Shown: positions 1 to 10,656 of the stretch, piece after piece
Layout of the letters: each line of letters begins with the position of its first letter
Position numbering within the stretch: position 1 is the first letter of the stretch
Assembly (NCBI GenBank): GCA_043585115.1
Contig: CP121326.1
Location: 370,618-434,617, forward strand
Origin: Marivita sp.
GTDB taxonomy: Bacteria; Pseudomonadota; Alphaproteobacteria; Rhodobacterales; Rhodobacteraceae
DNA length: 64,000 nt
Reading direction: 5' to 3'
Translations under genes and position numbers: made by a program
The notes under the pieces: generated by a model
What the model was told of the DNA's origin: nothing
The model's input: only the letters and a program-made list of their open reading frames with translations
Database searches by the model: none

Positions 1-528
1 GGCCTCGATGCAGATGTCACGCAGCTTGAGCCCGCTGCCCGTGCAGATCGAGGCGTGCTTGAGAACGACCCCGTTGCCAGCCATCAAGTTGGCCGCAAGA
101 ACACGTACGGGTTGATAGATGGGGAAGTTCCACGGCTGGACCGAATAGATCACCCCAATGGGGCTGTAGGTGACAAGGCCGGATTTTTCACCACCGGAAT
201 GCGTGCGGGTTTCGTCGGCAAGCTCCTGGGGGCCGTGTTCTGCGGTGTACTCGAAGATTTGCGCGCAAAGCTCCACCTCGGTTTTACCGTCTCGGTAGAG
301 TTTGCCGACCTCTTTGGTCATCAACTCGGCCAGGTCATCTGCGTGATTGCGCAGGGCATTGGCGATCTTGGTCAGGTATGGCGCGCGGTCGGCATGCGTC
401 AGGCTGCGCCAGTCCTGAAAGGCGGCGTGACAGGCTTCGACTTTGGCGATCGCGGTGGACTTGTCCATGATCTCAAAGCTGTCAATCGGGGTTTCTGTTG
501 CGGGGTTGATCGTTTCCATCTTCGACAT
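1..528 (-). CDS. NAD(P)-dependent aldehyde dehydrogenase, succinate-semialdehyde dehydrogenase-like (5' part; runs off the window)
   Basis: Manual translation from ATG at 528: MSKMETINPATETPIDSF...LMTKEVGK...SPIGVIYSVQPWNFPIYQ...AGNGVVLKHAS. The PWNFP and GNxVVLK motifs are typical of ALDHs. Confidence 0.85.
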   Translation of the reverse strand, partial: MSKMETINPATETPIDSFEIMDKSTAIAKVEACHAAFQDWRSLTHADRAPYLTKIANALRNHADDLAELMTKEVGKLYRDGKTEVELCAQIFEYTAEHGPQELADETRTHSGGEKSGLVTYSPIGVIYSVQPWNFPIYQPVRVLAANLMAGNGVVLKHASICTGSGLKLRDICIEA

Positions 529-682
529 GCTGACCTCAAAACTGTTTGGTGTGTTTGCTTGAGGGGCCAACGTCCGGTGTGAGGGTTGGTTCCATGGGCG
601 CTTCTTGGGGGTGCAAATCGCCTGCTGCGCGTGCTGTGATCTTGACGGCGATCAGGACGCGGCGTATCCCCCGACCCAGAGC

Positions 683-756
683 GCGGGTATGGTGAAAAGG
701 TATCACGCGAGCTTCCCAAGCTTAAGTTACGGGTTCGATTCCCGTTACCCGCTCCA
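683..756 (+). tRNA. tRNA-Gly (CCC)
   Basis: GCGGGTA/TACCCGC acceptor stem, anticodon loop TT-CCC-AA, T-loop GGTTCGATTCC, encoded CCA end; 74 nt. Confidence 0.95.
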
Positions 757-901
757 ACTGACCTCCGTATGATCTTGGCTGTCCAAACCGCATCCTTGCG
801 CGGTGTCGCTGGTGGTGTAAGCTTTTCCGTATTGAAAACTGTGTCTCTCGTTTCGGGGCTGACGCGATCGTTGATTTAAGGGGAAGATTTATGGCTGCGT
901 T

Positions 902-1849
902 TTGCAGGGTGTATTACCGAGTCCGGACCGTGCGGGCCGGGTCATGATTGGCGGCCAACACAGGCCTGTTTGGCAAAGACAAAACCTGTGTGTGATGTGC
1001 CAACAACCGTTGCCACAGGACAGATCCGCGCAAACCGAACTGTGTGACAATCCCGTTTGCCAGACCCGGAAGCGCGTCAGGGATGCGGGGGAGCTTGCCA
1101 AAAAGCAAACGGCGCAAAAGGCAAAGTATTTCGAGGTTTCGAAACGCCGGACCCGACGGGTGATCAAACAAGCCGCAAAGGAGATCGGCCAGCCGCACCT
1201 TGGCAAGGTCGCCTTTGGCATCGCGCCATATATTGATGTTCCGTTAACGCCGCTTCCACCAGAGCGGCGGCGCGCCTTTGAGGACCATCTGCGCAATGTG
1301 GTTGCAGAAAGCTTTGCCAAAGCGGAATTGCCGAACGACCCGCCCGAGGATGATCCGGATTATGCCAAGCGGCAAGCGGATGAACTGCCGGAACCGTTTG
1401 TGATCAATGCGACCTGTATTGCCTGTCAGGGGGATTGCTGCCTGATGGGGGGAACACGGCATGCGTTTCTTGAGGTCAGGACCATCGACTATCTTCGCTG
1501 GCGTTCGCCGGATCTGACCGAGCAGCAGGTCATTGAGTATTACCTGAGCCATATCCCCGAGATAACAACCGCGCAAAGCTGTGTGTTTCATGGAGAACAA
1601 GGCTGCACGTTGGACCGGTCTTTCCGGGCGGATATCTGCAACAATTTTCAATGTTGGGCGCGTCAGGCGCTGATTAAAGAGCATGCCCGCAAACCACTGA
1701 ACGGCGCTGTGATCGCTGGCGTTCCGCGGGATCACGTGGACAACCCTGAAGCAGGTGCACCCTGTCTCAAGGTTGTGTCAATCACGGCAGAGGACGAGGT
1801 GCAGGTCCATACTCACCTCAAGCTTCCTGCGCTGCGCAAGGGAATGTAA
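902..1849 (+). CDS. Cysteine-cluster hypothetical protein (YkgJ/CxxCxxCC-like, with an N-terminal CxxC...CxxxxC knuckle); start may be ATG 944
   Basis: 315-aa ORF with CVMC...CDNPVC, CIACQGDCC, CVFHGEQGCTL and RADICNNFQC motifs. Confidence 0.6.
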   Translation: MQGVLPSPDRAGRVMIGGQHRPVWQRQNLCVMCQQPLPQDRSAQTELCDNPVCQTRKRVRDAGELAKKQTAQKAKYFEVSKRRTRRVIKQAAKEIGQPHLGKVAFGIAPYIDVPLTPLPPERRRAFEDHLRNVVAESFAKAELPNDPPEDDPDYAKRQADELPEPFVINATCIACQGDCCLMGGTRHAFLEVRTIDYLRWRSPDLTEQQVIEYYLSHIPEITTAQSCVFHGEQGCTLDRSFRADICNNFQCWARQALIKEHARKPLNGAVIAGVPRDHVDNPEAGAPCLKVVSITAEDEVQVHTHLKLPALRKGM

Positions 1850-1877
1850 GCAAACCAGACTGACTGTAACGCGGTGA

Positions 1878-3674
1878 TCAAACAGCGATCTGTTCGTCCA
1901 ATACGCCGACCACGTTGATCAGGAATTGCCCGCTCCCATCCCCGGCTGACGCGATCTCAAAGCGTTGATCTGCCATCGCCTGCGCGTCAGATATGCTGCT
2001 GGCGGATCCGTCATAGAGTGCCATTGCGTCGGTCGCGAGTGTCACATCGCTGAGACCCAGTTGGGTGGCCATGTACAGGCCAAGATCAATCTTGCCATCA
2101 AGATACGCGCGATCGGCGGCTTGTTGATCGATGAAATCCTGATCCGCATCCGCAGGCGGTGCGGCGCGCGCACCTTCGAGGACACGCAGTACAAAGTCGC
2201 CGCGCCCCACTGCACCCGATTGCAGGGCATTGGTCCAGAAATTCATGCCTGCATCATCGCCTGCGCGGCCTAATGTGTTCTGGTACACGGACTCAACGAA
2301 TTCAAACAACTGCGCGTCCAGAGGGAAGATCGCCTGGCCTTCTTCCGACAGGGCAAATGCATCAGAAATCTGTTCAAGTGGTGTTCCTTTTGCAAAGGCG
2401 TCGGCCCAGAACAACAAACCCAGCGCATCGGGGGCGCGGTCGAAATAGCTGATATACACTTCGGTGAGGCTGCGAAACGCATCGTTTGAGAGGCTGACAC
2501 CGTCATCAAACCGGGAGAGGTCAAACGTGCCATCCGCAAACACAAGGGTTTCAATACCGCGCAGAGTATCGGTGCCATCTACGCCGCTGCAATCCCTAAG
2601 GGTTGTACCGTCCGGCGACAGGGTCAGCGCGTACAGGTCTTGTGCGCCTTGAAGGATGGCTTGATCGACACCCGCACCTCCGTCAATCAGGTCGTCACCA
2701 CCCATCCCTGAAATGCTGTCCGGACCGGGCGTGCCGGACAGGTCTTCATCGCGCGCCGATCCGGGCACAACATTTCCAGCCAGCACTGTCAGATCAAACC
2801 CGGCCGCTGCCGCTGTTTGCGTGACAAATTCCGCAATCGCCGCATGTCCGGCCCCGGTCGGATGAATGCCGTCGACGCTGAAGTAGCTTTGATCAAGAAC
2901 ATCCACGCCGTCAGTTAATACGTCGCTTGTTACATTGGCGAACCCGTACTCTTCGGGGTTGTCCTCAAGGTCTTCGATGAACTCTTCGATGTCCACAAAG
3001 AGTGCGGTTTGCCCCTCAACCTCGGCGATGCTGTCGACATACTCTTCCAGGGTATCATTGAACGTGCGCGTCACACTGTTCCAAAGCGTGGCAATCAGCG
3101 ACCCTGCCGGCGCTTCGGCCCCGAGAAAGGCGCCACCGATGGTTGGCTGACCGAGAATTACGAAATTCTCGGCGCCTGTGGCCGCCAATGTGTCGACGGT
3201 GATTTCGATATTGTCGACGATGGTGCTGTCGAGAGTCAGAATGTCGAAAATATCGGATATCGAGGCATCCGCTAAATCCAGAAAGTCGTTGCCACCGATC
3301 CAGATCACGAACACGTCCTGATCATCCGGCTGTGGAATGTCACCCGAGGCGACCAGTTCCGCAAATCCTTCGGCCTGCTGCACCGCGCCGGGAAGATGGT
3401 CTTTGCTGTCAGAATTCGACTCTGCACCGGAATGCGCAAAGTTGATGCCGTTCAGTGCTGATCCGCTCAGGTAACCTTCAAAGTTCGGGGCTTGGCTGAT
3501 CGAGCTTGCTGCGGGCGCAATCGCCAGATCGTTCCGGATGTATTCATGCCAGACCGGCCCGTTCGATGCCCGACCGGCAAAGTAGATATCAATCGGCTCA
3601 GGATATGTCTGAACGGCCAGCGCCCCGTCATCCGACAGGCTGTCACCGAAAATATAGAGCTGACCGGTGCGCAT
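1878..3674 (-). CDS. SGNH/GDSL lipase-esterase with RTX-like Ca-binding repeats and a C-terminal DUF4214-like domain
   Basis: FGDSLSD (block I), GRASNG, NFAHSGA, IWIGGND, DGIHPT (block V); GMGGDDLIDGGAGVD repeat; FDRAPDALGLLFW and LGRAGDDAGMNFW. Start set at MRTGQLYIF. Confidence 0.85.
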   Translation of the reverse strand: MRTGQLYIFGDSLSDDGALAVQTYPEPIDIYFAGRASNGPVWHEYIRNDLAIAPAASSISQAPNFEGYLSGSALNGINFAHSGAESNSDSKDHLPGAVQQAEGFAELVASGDIPQPDDQDVFVIWIGGNDFLDLADASISDIFDILTLDSTIVDNIEITVDTLAATGAENFVILGQPTIGGAFLGAEAPAGSLIATLWNSVTRTFNDTLEEYVDSIAEVEGQTALFVDIEEFIEDLEDNPEEYGFANVTSDVLTDGVDVLDQSYFSVDGIHPTGAGHAAIAEFVTQTAAAAGFDLTVLAGNVVPGSARDEDLSGTPGPDSISGMGGDDLIDGGAGVDQAILQGAQDLYALTLSPDGTTLRDCSGVDGTDTLRGIETLVFADGTFDLSRFDDGVSLSNDAFRSLTEVYISYFDRAPDALGLLFWADAFAKGTPLEQISDAFALSEEGQAIFPLDAQLFEFVESVYQNTLGRAGDDAGMNFWTNALQSGAVGRGDFVLRVLEGARAAPPADADQDFIDQQAADRAYLDGKIDLGLYMATQLGLSDVTLATDAMALYDGSASSISDAQAMADQRFEIASAGDGSGQFLINVVGVLDEQIAV

Positions 3675-3795
3675 GTGCGTCCCCTTGTAGAACCAAGCAT
3701 TAGATGCAGTGCCCCCGCAGGGCCCGCGCGTCAAACATGGGTGAGACACTGCCGATTGTCACCGGCACGTCACGGCGCAATCAGCAATATGTCGC

Positions 3796-6700
3796 CTATC
3801 GCGCCGGTTTGGCTTTTTTCGCCTCTTTGACCTTTTTCGCCAAATCCTGAGCGATGGCAAAAGCGCCTTTGATCTTGTCGCTGTCTTTCTTCCAATCCCG
3901 GCGAACAACAATTTTGTTGTCTTTGACCTTGGCCAGACCGTTCTGATCCTTGATGAAGTCGACCAGCCCTTCGGGAGAGGCGAATTTGTCGTTGTGGAAC
4001 TGGATCGTCGCCCCTTTTGGTCCGCCATCCAGCTTTGCAATCCCGGCGCGTTTGCACATCGCTTTGATGCGCACGATCAGCATCAACGTATTCACTTCGC
4101 GCGGCAGTTTGCCAAAGCGGTCAATCAGTTCAGCGGCAAAGCCTTCAAGCTCGACCTTGGTGTGCAACGACGAGAGGCGGCGATACAGGCCGAGACGTAC
4201 ATCGAGATCGGGGACATAGTCTTCGGGGATCAGCACGGGCACGCCCAGATTGATCTGCGGCGCCCATTGATCGTCTGCTTCCGAGAGCCCTTCCATTTCG
4301 CCGGATTTGATCTTGGCAATCGCTTCTTCCAGCATGGATTGGTACAGCTCATACCCCACGTCGCGCATCTGGCCCGATTGTTCTTCACCCAGCAGATTGC
4401 CCGCGCCGCGAATATCGAGGTCCTGCGAGGCGAGCGTGAACCCTGCCCCCAATGTGTCGAGCGATCCCAGAACCCGCAGACGTTTTTCAGCCGACGCTGT
4501 CAGTTTGGCGCGCGGTTTCGTCGTGAGATAGGCATAGGCGCGTGTTTTGGAACGCCCCACCCTGCCCCGGATCTGGTACAGCTGTGACAGCCCAAACATA
4601 TCCGCACGGTGGATCACCATCGTGTTGGCCGTCGGAATATCAAGACCGGATTCAACGATGGTAGTGGCCAGCAGCACGTCATATTTTCCGTCGTAAAACG
4701 CGTTCATGCGGGTGTCCAATTCGCCCGCCGCCATCTGGCCGTGGGCCACGACATACGACACTTCGGGCACCTGTTCCTTGAGGAACTCTTCGATCTCGGG
4801 CAGGTCACTGATGCGCGGCACGACAAAGAAACTTTGCCCGCCACGGTAATGTTCGCGCAGAAGCCCTTCGCGGATGGTCACGGCATCAAATTCGCTGACA
4901 TAGGTGCGGATCGCCAGACGATCGACGGGCGGTGTGCCGATGATCGACAGATCACGCACACCCGAGAGCGACAGTTGCAAGGTGCGCGGGATCGGCGTTG
5001 CGGTCAGCGTCAGAACGTGGATGTCCGAGCGCAACTGTTTGAGCCGTTCCTTGTGACCGACACCGAAATGTTGCTCTTCGTCGATGATCAGCAACCCAAG
5101 GTTCTGGAACCGGATGCCCTTGGCCAAAAGCGCATGGGTGCCTACCACAATATCCACCGTGCCGCGGGCCAGCCCGTCTTTGGTCGCGGCGGCGTCTTTG
5201 GCAGACACGAAACGCGACAAAGGTCTGACTTCCAACGGAAATCCACGGAACCTTTCGGCAAAGCTCTTGTAGTGCTGACGCGCCAAAAGCGTTGTCGGCG
5301 CGATCACCGCAACCTGAACGCCGGACATTGCGGCGACAAAGGCGGCACGCATCGCAACCTCGGTCTTGCCAAAGCCGACATCGCCACAGATCAGGCGGTC
5401 CATCGGCTGGCCGGAATGCATGTCGGACATCACGTCTTCGATCGCGCGCAACTGGTCGTCGGTTTCCTGATACGGGAACCGGGCCGAGAATGCGTCCCAT
5501 GCACCCGGGGGCGGATCCATCACAGGCGCTTTGCGCAACGCGCGTTCAGCGGCCACGCGGATCAGCTTGTCCGCCATCTCGCGGATGCGCTCTTTCAGGC
5601 GCGCTTTCTTGGCCTGCCACGCTCCGCCGCCCAACTTGTCCAGTAGGCCTTCCTCGTGGCCATATTTCGACAGCAGTTCGATGTTTTCGACCGGCAGATA
5701 CAGCTTTGAGCTTTCGGCATATTCCAGCAGCAGGCACTCATGCGCGGCCCCTGCGGCGGTGATGACTTCCATCCCCAGATAGCGCCCGATGCCGTGATCG
5801 ACATGCACCACCAGATCACCGGGTGACAGAGATTGGGTTTCTGTAAGAAAGTTTTCGGCCTTGCGACGTTTCTTCGGGGATCGGATCAGGCGGTCTCCCA
5901 ACACGTCCTGTTCCGAGATAACGGCAATCCTGCCGCCCTTGTCCCACGGGGCCTCGAAGCCTTGTTCGAGTGGCCAAACCGTTAGGTGGAGCCCGTGTTT
6001 GCCGACGCGCGTCAGGTCGGTGACAGGTATGGTTTCTGCGAGACCTTCGTCTTCGATCAGGCCTGACAACCGTTCACGCGCCCCGTCGGAATAGGATGCG
6101 ATCACCACTGGACCATCTTGCATTTTTGCACGAACGTGGTCTGCCAAAGCACTGAAAAGGCTTATGCTTTCCTGTTGTCTTTCTGGCGAAAAGTTGCGTC
6201 CGATCCGCCCTCCCGCATCAACCACACCGGGGCCAGACGCCTGTTGCAGCGGATGAAACTGGACCACCCGCCGGTCCCCCAACGCAGCGATCCATGCTGT
6301 GTCGTCGAGATACAGCTGTTCCGGCGATACCGGCTTGTACACCGTATCCATGCGCGATTTCTGCGCCAGCGCGGCTTTACGGGTCTCGTATTGATCGACA
6401 ATCCCATCCCAACGCGACAGCCGCGCGGGTGTGATCTGGTCATCCTGCGTGACTGGCACTCCGGGCAAATAGTCAAACAGCGTTTCCAGATGGTCATGGA
6501 AGAATGGTAGCCAATGCTCCATCCCCGCTTGTTTGCGCCCGGCACTGACCGCTTCGTATAGCGGATCATCGCTGCCCGCCGCGCCAAATTCGATACGGTA
6601 GTTTTGTCGGAAGCGCGTGATCGCGGCCTCGTCCAGAATGACTTCCGACACGGGCGCCAGCTCCACCAGATCCAGCTTTTCGGTGGTCCGTTGGGTTGCC

Positions 6701-7269
6701 GGATCAAACCGTCTTGCACCGTCCAATACGTCACCAAACAGATCGAGCCGCACCGGCCCGCCATCTCCGGGAGGGAAGATATCAATGATGCCACCACGAA
6801 TGGCATAATCCCCGGGTTCCAGCACCGTCGGAGCCTGACTAAAGCCCATGCGGACAAGGAAGTTGCGCAAAGCCTCTTCATTCACGCGATTGCCCACCCG
6901 CGCGGTGAAAGCCGCTTCGCGCAGGATATCACGCGCAGGCACGCGCTGGGTTGCCGCGCTCATGGTGGTGAGCAGTACATATTGCGACGGCATCGCATGT
7001 GTCAGCGCGGCCAGGGTCGCCATTCGGGATGCGGAAATATCCGGGTTCGGAGAGACCCGGTCATAGGGCAGACAATCCCAGCCCGGAAAGACAAAGACCG
7101 GCATGTCAGGGGCGTAAAGGCGCAACGCGTCGCGCATCTGTGCCAAGCGTCGGTCATCGCGGGCGATATGGCACACGGCACCGCCGGATTTCTCGGCTTC
7201 GGCCAGAACCAGCCGGGCATCAAACCCTTCGGGCGCGCCGCCCATTGTCATGTTTTGGGATGTCTTCAT
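3796..7269 (-). CDS. mfd: Transcription-repair coupling factor
   Basis: 1157 aa; PGWDCLPYD, VVHVDHGIGRY (CarD-like), CGDVGFGKTEV, IIDEEQHFGV, TATPIPRTL, QIRGRVGRS. Confidence 0.98.
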   Translation of the reverse strand: MKTSQNMTMGGAPEGFDARLVLAEAEKSGGAVCHIARDDRRLAQMRDALRLYAPDMPVFVFPGWDCLPYDRVSPNPDISASRMATLAALTHAMPSQYVLLTTMSAATQRVPARDILREAAFTARVGNRVNEEALRNFLVRMGFSQAPTVLEPGDYAIRGGIIDIFPPGDGGPVRLDLFGDVLDGARRFDPATQRTTEKLDLVELAPVSEVILDEAAITRFRQNYRIEFGAAGSDDPLYEAVSAGRKQAGMEHWLPFFHDHLETLFDYLPGVPVTQDDQITPARLSRWDGIVDQYETRKAALAQKSRMDTVYKPVSPEQLYLDDTAWIAALGDRRVVQFHPLQQASGPGVVDAGGRIGRNFSPERQQESISLFSALADHVRAKMQDGPVVIASYSDGARERLSGLIEDEGLAETIPVTDLTRVGKHGLHLTVWPLEQGFEAPWDKGGRIAVISEQDVLGDRLIRSPKKRRKAENFLTETQSLSPGDLVVHVDHGIGRYLGMEVITAAGAAHECLLLEYAESSKLYLPVENIELLSKYGHEEGLLDKLGGGAWQAKKARLKERIREMADKLIRVAAERALRKAPVMDPPPGAWDAFSARFPYQETDDQLRAIEDVMSDMHSGQPMDRLICGDVGFGKTEVAMRAAFVAAMSGVQVAVIAPTTLLARQHYKSFAERFRGFPLEVRPLSRFVSAKDAAATKDGLARGTVDIVVGTHALLAKGIRFQNLGLLIIDEEQHFGVGHKERLKQLRSDIHVLTLTATPIPRTLQLSLSGVRDLSIIGTPPVDRLAIRTYVSEFDAVTIREGLLREHYRGGQSFFVVPRISDLPEIEEFLKEQVPEVSYVVAHGQMAAGELDTRMNAFYDGKYDVLLATTIVESGLDIPTANTMVIHRADMFGLSQLYQIRGRVGRSKTRAYAYLTTKPRAKLTASAEKRLRVLGSLDTLGAGFTLASQDLDIRGAGNLLGEEQSGQMRDVGYELYQSMLEEAIAKIKSGEMEGLSEADDQWAPQINLGVPVLIPEDYVPDLDVRLGLYRRLSSLHTKVELEGFAAELIDRFGKLPREVNTLMLIVRIKAMCKRAGIAKLDGGPKGATIQFHNDKFASPEGLVDFIKDQNGLAKVKDNKIVVRRDWKKDSDKIKGAFAIAQDLAKKVKEAKKAKPAR

Positions 7270-7302
7270 AGCGCGCTCATGTGGCGCGCGATACGGCCCG
7301 CG

Positions 7303-7830
7303 TCAACCGCCAAGCGCACCAACACTGAGGTTCATGTACATTCCCCACATCGCGGTGACGAAGATCGACACCATTCCGATCGCCTGAACAATCAGCCGAT
7401 GACGGCCAAGCCGTTTGTAGACCGCGTCAAGATCGTGATCCCGTTCGTGCAGCGCCCGCGCTGTGTAAACACTCAGGAAGCTGACCAGCGACATGGGAAA
7501 GCCAATCAGGAACAGCGCTTGCGCGATCTCGACCCAATAGACCCAGCCCAAAACGGCAAACCCGGTAAGGAAAAACGCACCAGAGGCAATGACCCACAGG
7601 CCAGCTTCGTCGGCGATATACAGCAACCGGGCGGTGTTGATGCGCAAAAGGTCGGTCAGATCCTCGACCGCCTGACCGCCTTTGCGGCGCGCCCGCCCGA
7701 CCATGTCGAACGGCACACCCAGCACCCAATGGCTGGCCGACGACCAGACAACCGCCAGCGCAATCCAGAACCAAAGATTGGAAAAGGACCGCATATCGAT
7801 CAATTCAAAGACTGTGGAATACCAATCCAA
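7303..7830 (-). CDS. Conserved Rhodobacterales membrane protein
   Basis: Four hydrophobic segments; ELIDMRSFSNLWFWI...LGVPFDMV motif. Probable TTG start at 7830. Confidence 0.65.
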   Translation of the reverse strand: MDWYSTVFELIDMRSFSNLWFWIALAVVWSSASHWVLGVPFDMVGRARRKGGQAVEDLTDLLRINTARLLYIADEAGLWVIASGAFFLTGFAVLGWVYWVEIAQALFLIGFPMSLVSFLSVYTARALHERDHDLDAVYKRLGRHRLIVQAIGMVSIFVTAMWGMYMNLSVGALGG

Positions 7831-7863
7831 GGTGCCTTTTATCCCGTGCGTGTGCGGCCTTAG

Positions 7864-8934
<1,071 letters not shown>

Positions 8935-9053
8935 CGGTGCGCCGCTTATCGTGATCTATCTTTAGTGACAGCGGGCGTCTCTGTGGCTATAGTTGCCCTC
9001 AACCGGCGGAACAGCCGGAGTTCAGAGGCATCGGCAAAGAAAGAGCAGAGACA

Positions 9054-9611
9054 ATGACATCCCTGACACGACGCGAGCTGGCCTTGGGCCTTGGCGGCAC
9101 ATTTCTGGTGGCAGGCTGCGCCAATGGCGTGGGCGGCAACGGTGCGGCGCGGATCGACGCCCGCGTTGATGCGACACTGGCAGAAATGTACCGCCGCTTT
9201 CCCGGAACCCAAAACCTTGCGGCCAACGCCAACGGTTTGCTGGTCATGCCGCTGGTGACTGAGGCCGGTCTTGGCCTTGGCGGCGCGTTTGGACGTGGCG
9301 CTCTGCGGGTGGGCGGGATCACCGTGGACTACTATTCGACAACCAAGGCAAGTGCAGGCCTGCAAATCGGCGCGCAGCAATATGCCCATGTGCTGTTCTT
9401 CATGACCGAAGATGCATTGATGAATTTCCGTCGCTCACCCGGATGGGCGGCCGGGGCCAATGTGCAATATGCGATCCCCGAAGGTGGCGAAACCATTGCT
9501 GCCGAAACAACCACATCCCTGGCACCGGTTATCGCGGTTATCTTCGGTCAGGCCGGGTTGCGCATTGGTGCCACGCTGGAAGGCGTGAAATACACCCGGA
9601 TCATTCCTTAA
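9054..9611 (+). CDS. Ysc84/SYLF lipid-binding domain lipoprotein with Tat-like signal
   Basis: TRRELALG...VAGC lipobox; GLGLGGAFGRG and SAGLQIGAQQY motifs. Confidence 0.8.
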   Translation: MTSLTRRELALGLGGTFLVAGCANGVGGNGAARIDARVDATLAEMYRRFPGTQNLAANANGLLVMPLVTEAGLGLGGAFGRGALRVGGITVDYYSTTKASAGLQIGAQQYAHVLFFMTEDALMNFRRSPGWAAGANVQYAIPEGGETIAAETTTSLAPVIAVIFGQAGLRIGATLEGVKYTRIIP

Positions 9612-9662
9612 CACAAAGACGCTGCAAGGCCGCATTGATCCGTTTCCAAGATTGGAAACCTT

Positions 9663-9892
9663 GGGGGCGCTGCCCCCAAACCCCCGAGGGTATTTGGAAA
9701 CCAGAGAAGATCAGGGCTCTGGTCCACCCCCTGCTGTTTGGCAGGGGGCTTCTCCGGTTACGGTCATCGGCGCCTCCGCCTGTACCGCATATTCAGGCAT
9801 AGCGCGTTAAGGTTAACAAACCCTTGCTTCTTTGGGGCGAAAATACCTTCGGGGGTGAGGCGCGGCACGCGCCGAGGGGGCAGACAGCCCCC
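9663..9892. repeat. Pair of imperfect inverted REP-like palindromic repeats
   Basis: Reverse complement of 9663-9710 (CTTCTCTGGTTTCCAAATACCCTCGGGGGTTTGGGGGCAGCGCCCCC) aligns with 9827-9892 (CTTCTTTGGGGCGAAAATACCTTCGGGGGT...GGGGGCAGACAGCCCCC); each arm has a GGGGGC..GCCCCC hairpin. Confidence 0.65.
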
Positions 9893-9900
9893 TGCCCCGG

Positions 9901-10524
9901 TCAGCCATCCATGGCCGCGATGAGGTCTTTCAGAGCTGCAACCGGATCATCGGTGCGCCAGATTTCTTCACCGATCCCGAAGAAATCCGTGATTGGAGAA
10001 AGCGCGCGCACGATGTCCGTATCAAGCCCGCCTTCGGCGACCACAGGGATCTCGATCATTTCGGACCACCACTGGAACAGGTCGGCTTCGGCGCGCGAGC
10101 CGTCTCCCAAGGCGGTTTCGCCGACCGGGCCGAAGCTGATGTAATCGGCGCCCGCCTCGCCTGCAGTCATGCCGTCATGGCGCAAGTGGCCGCAATAGGC
10201 GCCAACAATTGCGTCTGCCCCAAGCTCTTTGCGCGCCATGCGGACAGAACGGGGCCCGTCGGTCAGGTGGACACCGTCGAGCCCGAGGCGCTGGGCCAGA
10301 ACCACATGGGTGTCGATCACCAACGCCACATCAAACCGATGCGCCACCTCGCGCACGACGTCGGCGGCACGCAGGATCAGGTCTTCATCGCGGGTGGCAA
10401 GGGACAGGCGAATGCAGGCGATCTCGGTTGTGTCCAGAACGCGGGCCAGATCGGTGGGAAAATGGCTGAGTTCGATCTCTGGCGGTGTGATCAGATAGAT
10501 TTGTGGCTGCTCTGCATCGGACAT
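9901..10524 (-). CDS. Thiamine phosphate synthase family protein (ThiE/TenI)
   Basis: QIYLITP, GLDGVHL, AGADYISFGPV, IPVVAEGG. Confidence 0.85.
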   Translation of the reverse strand: MSDAEQPQIYLITPPEIELSHFPTDLARVLDTTEIACIRLSLATRDEDLILRAADVVREVAHRFDVALVIDTHVVLAQRLGLDGVHLTDGPRSVRMARKELGADAIVGAYCGHLRHDGMTAGEAGADYISFGPVGETALGDGSRAEADLFQWWSEMIEIPVVAEGGLDTDIVRALSPITDFFGIGEEIWRTDDPVAALKDLIAAMDG

Positions 10525-10656
10525 CTTCGGCCCCTTCCTTGGTGGTCGGTTTCCTATACCGTGATTTCATACACCGCGCCAAGGGCTTGCACGGCTTGCC
10601 CTTTCACTGCGCGCACAATAGTCAGGCGCGACCTGGGGATTTCGGAGAGTTTTTCC

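Noticed and set aside
683-3795. Integrative element at tRNA-Gly (or at tRNA-Pro 29482)
   Set aside because: No integrase or transposase, and I saw no duplicated tRNA 3' end in the window.
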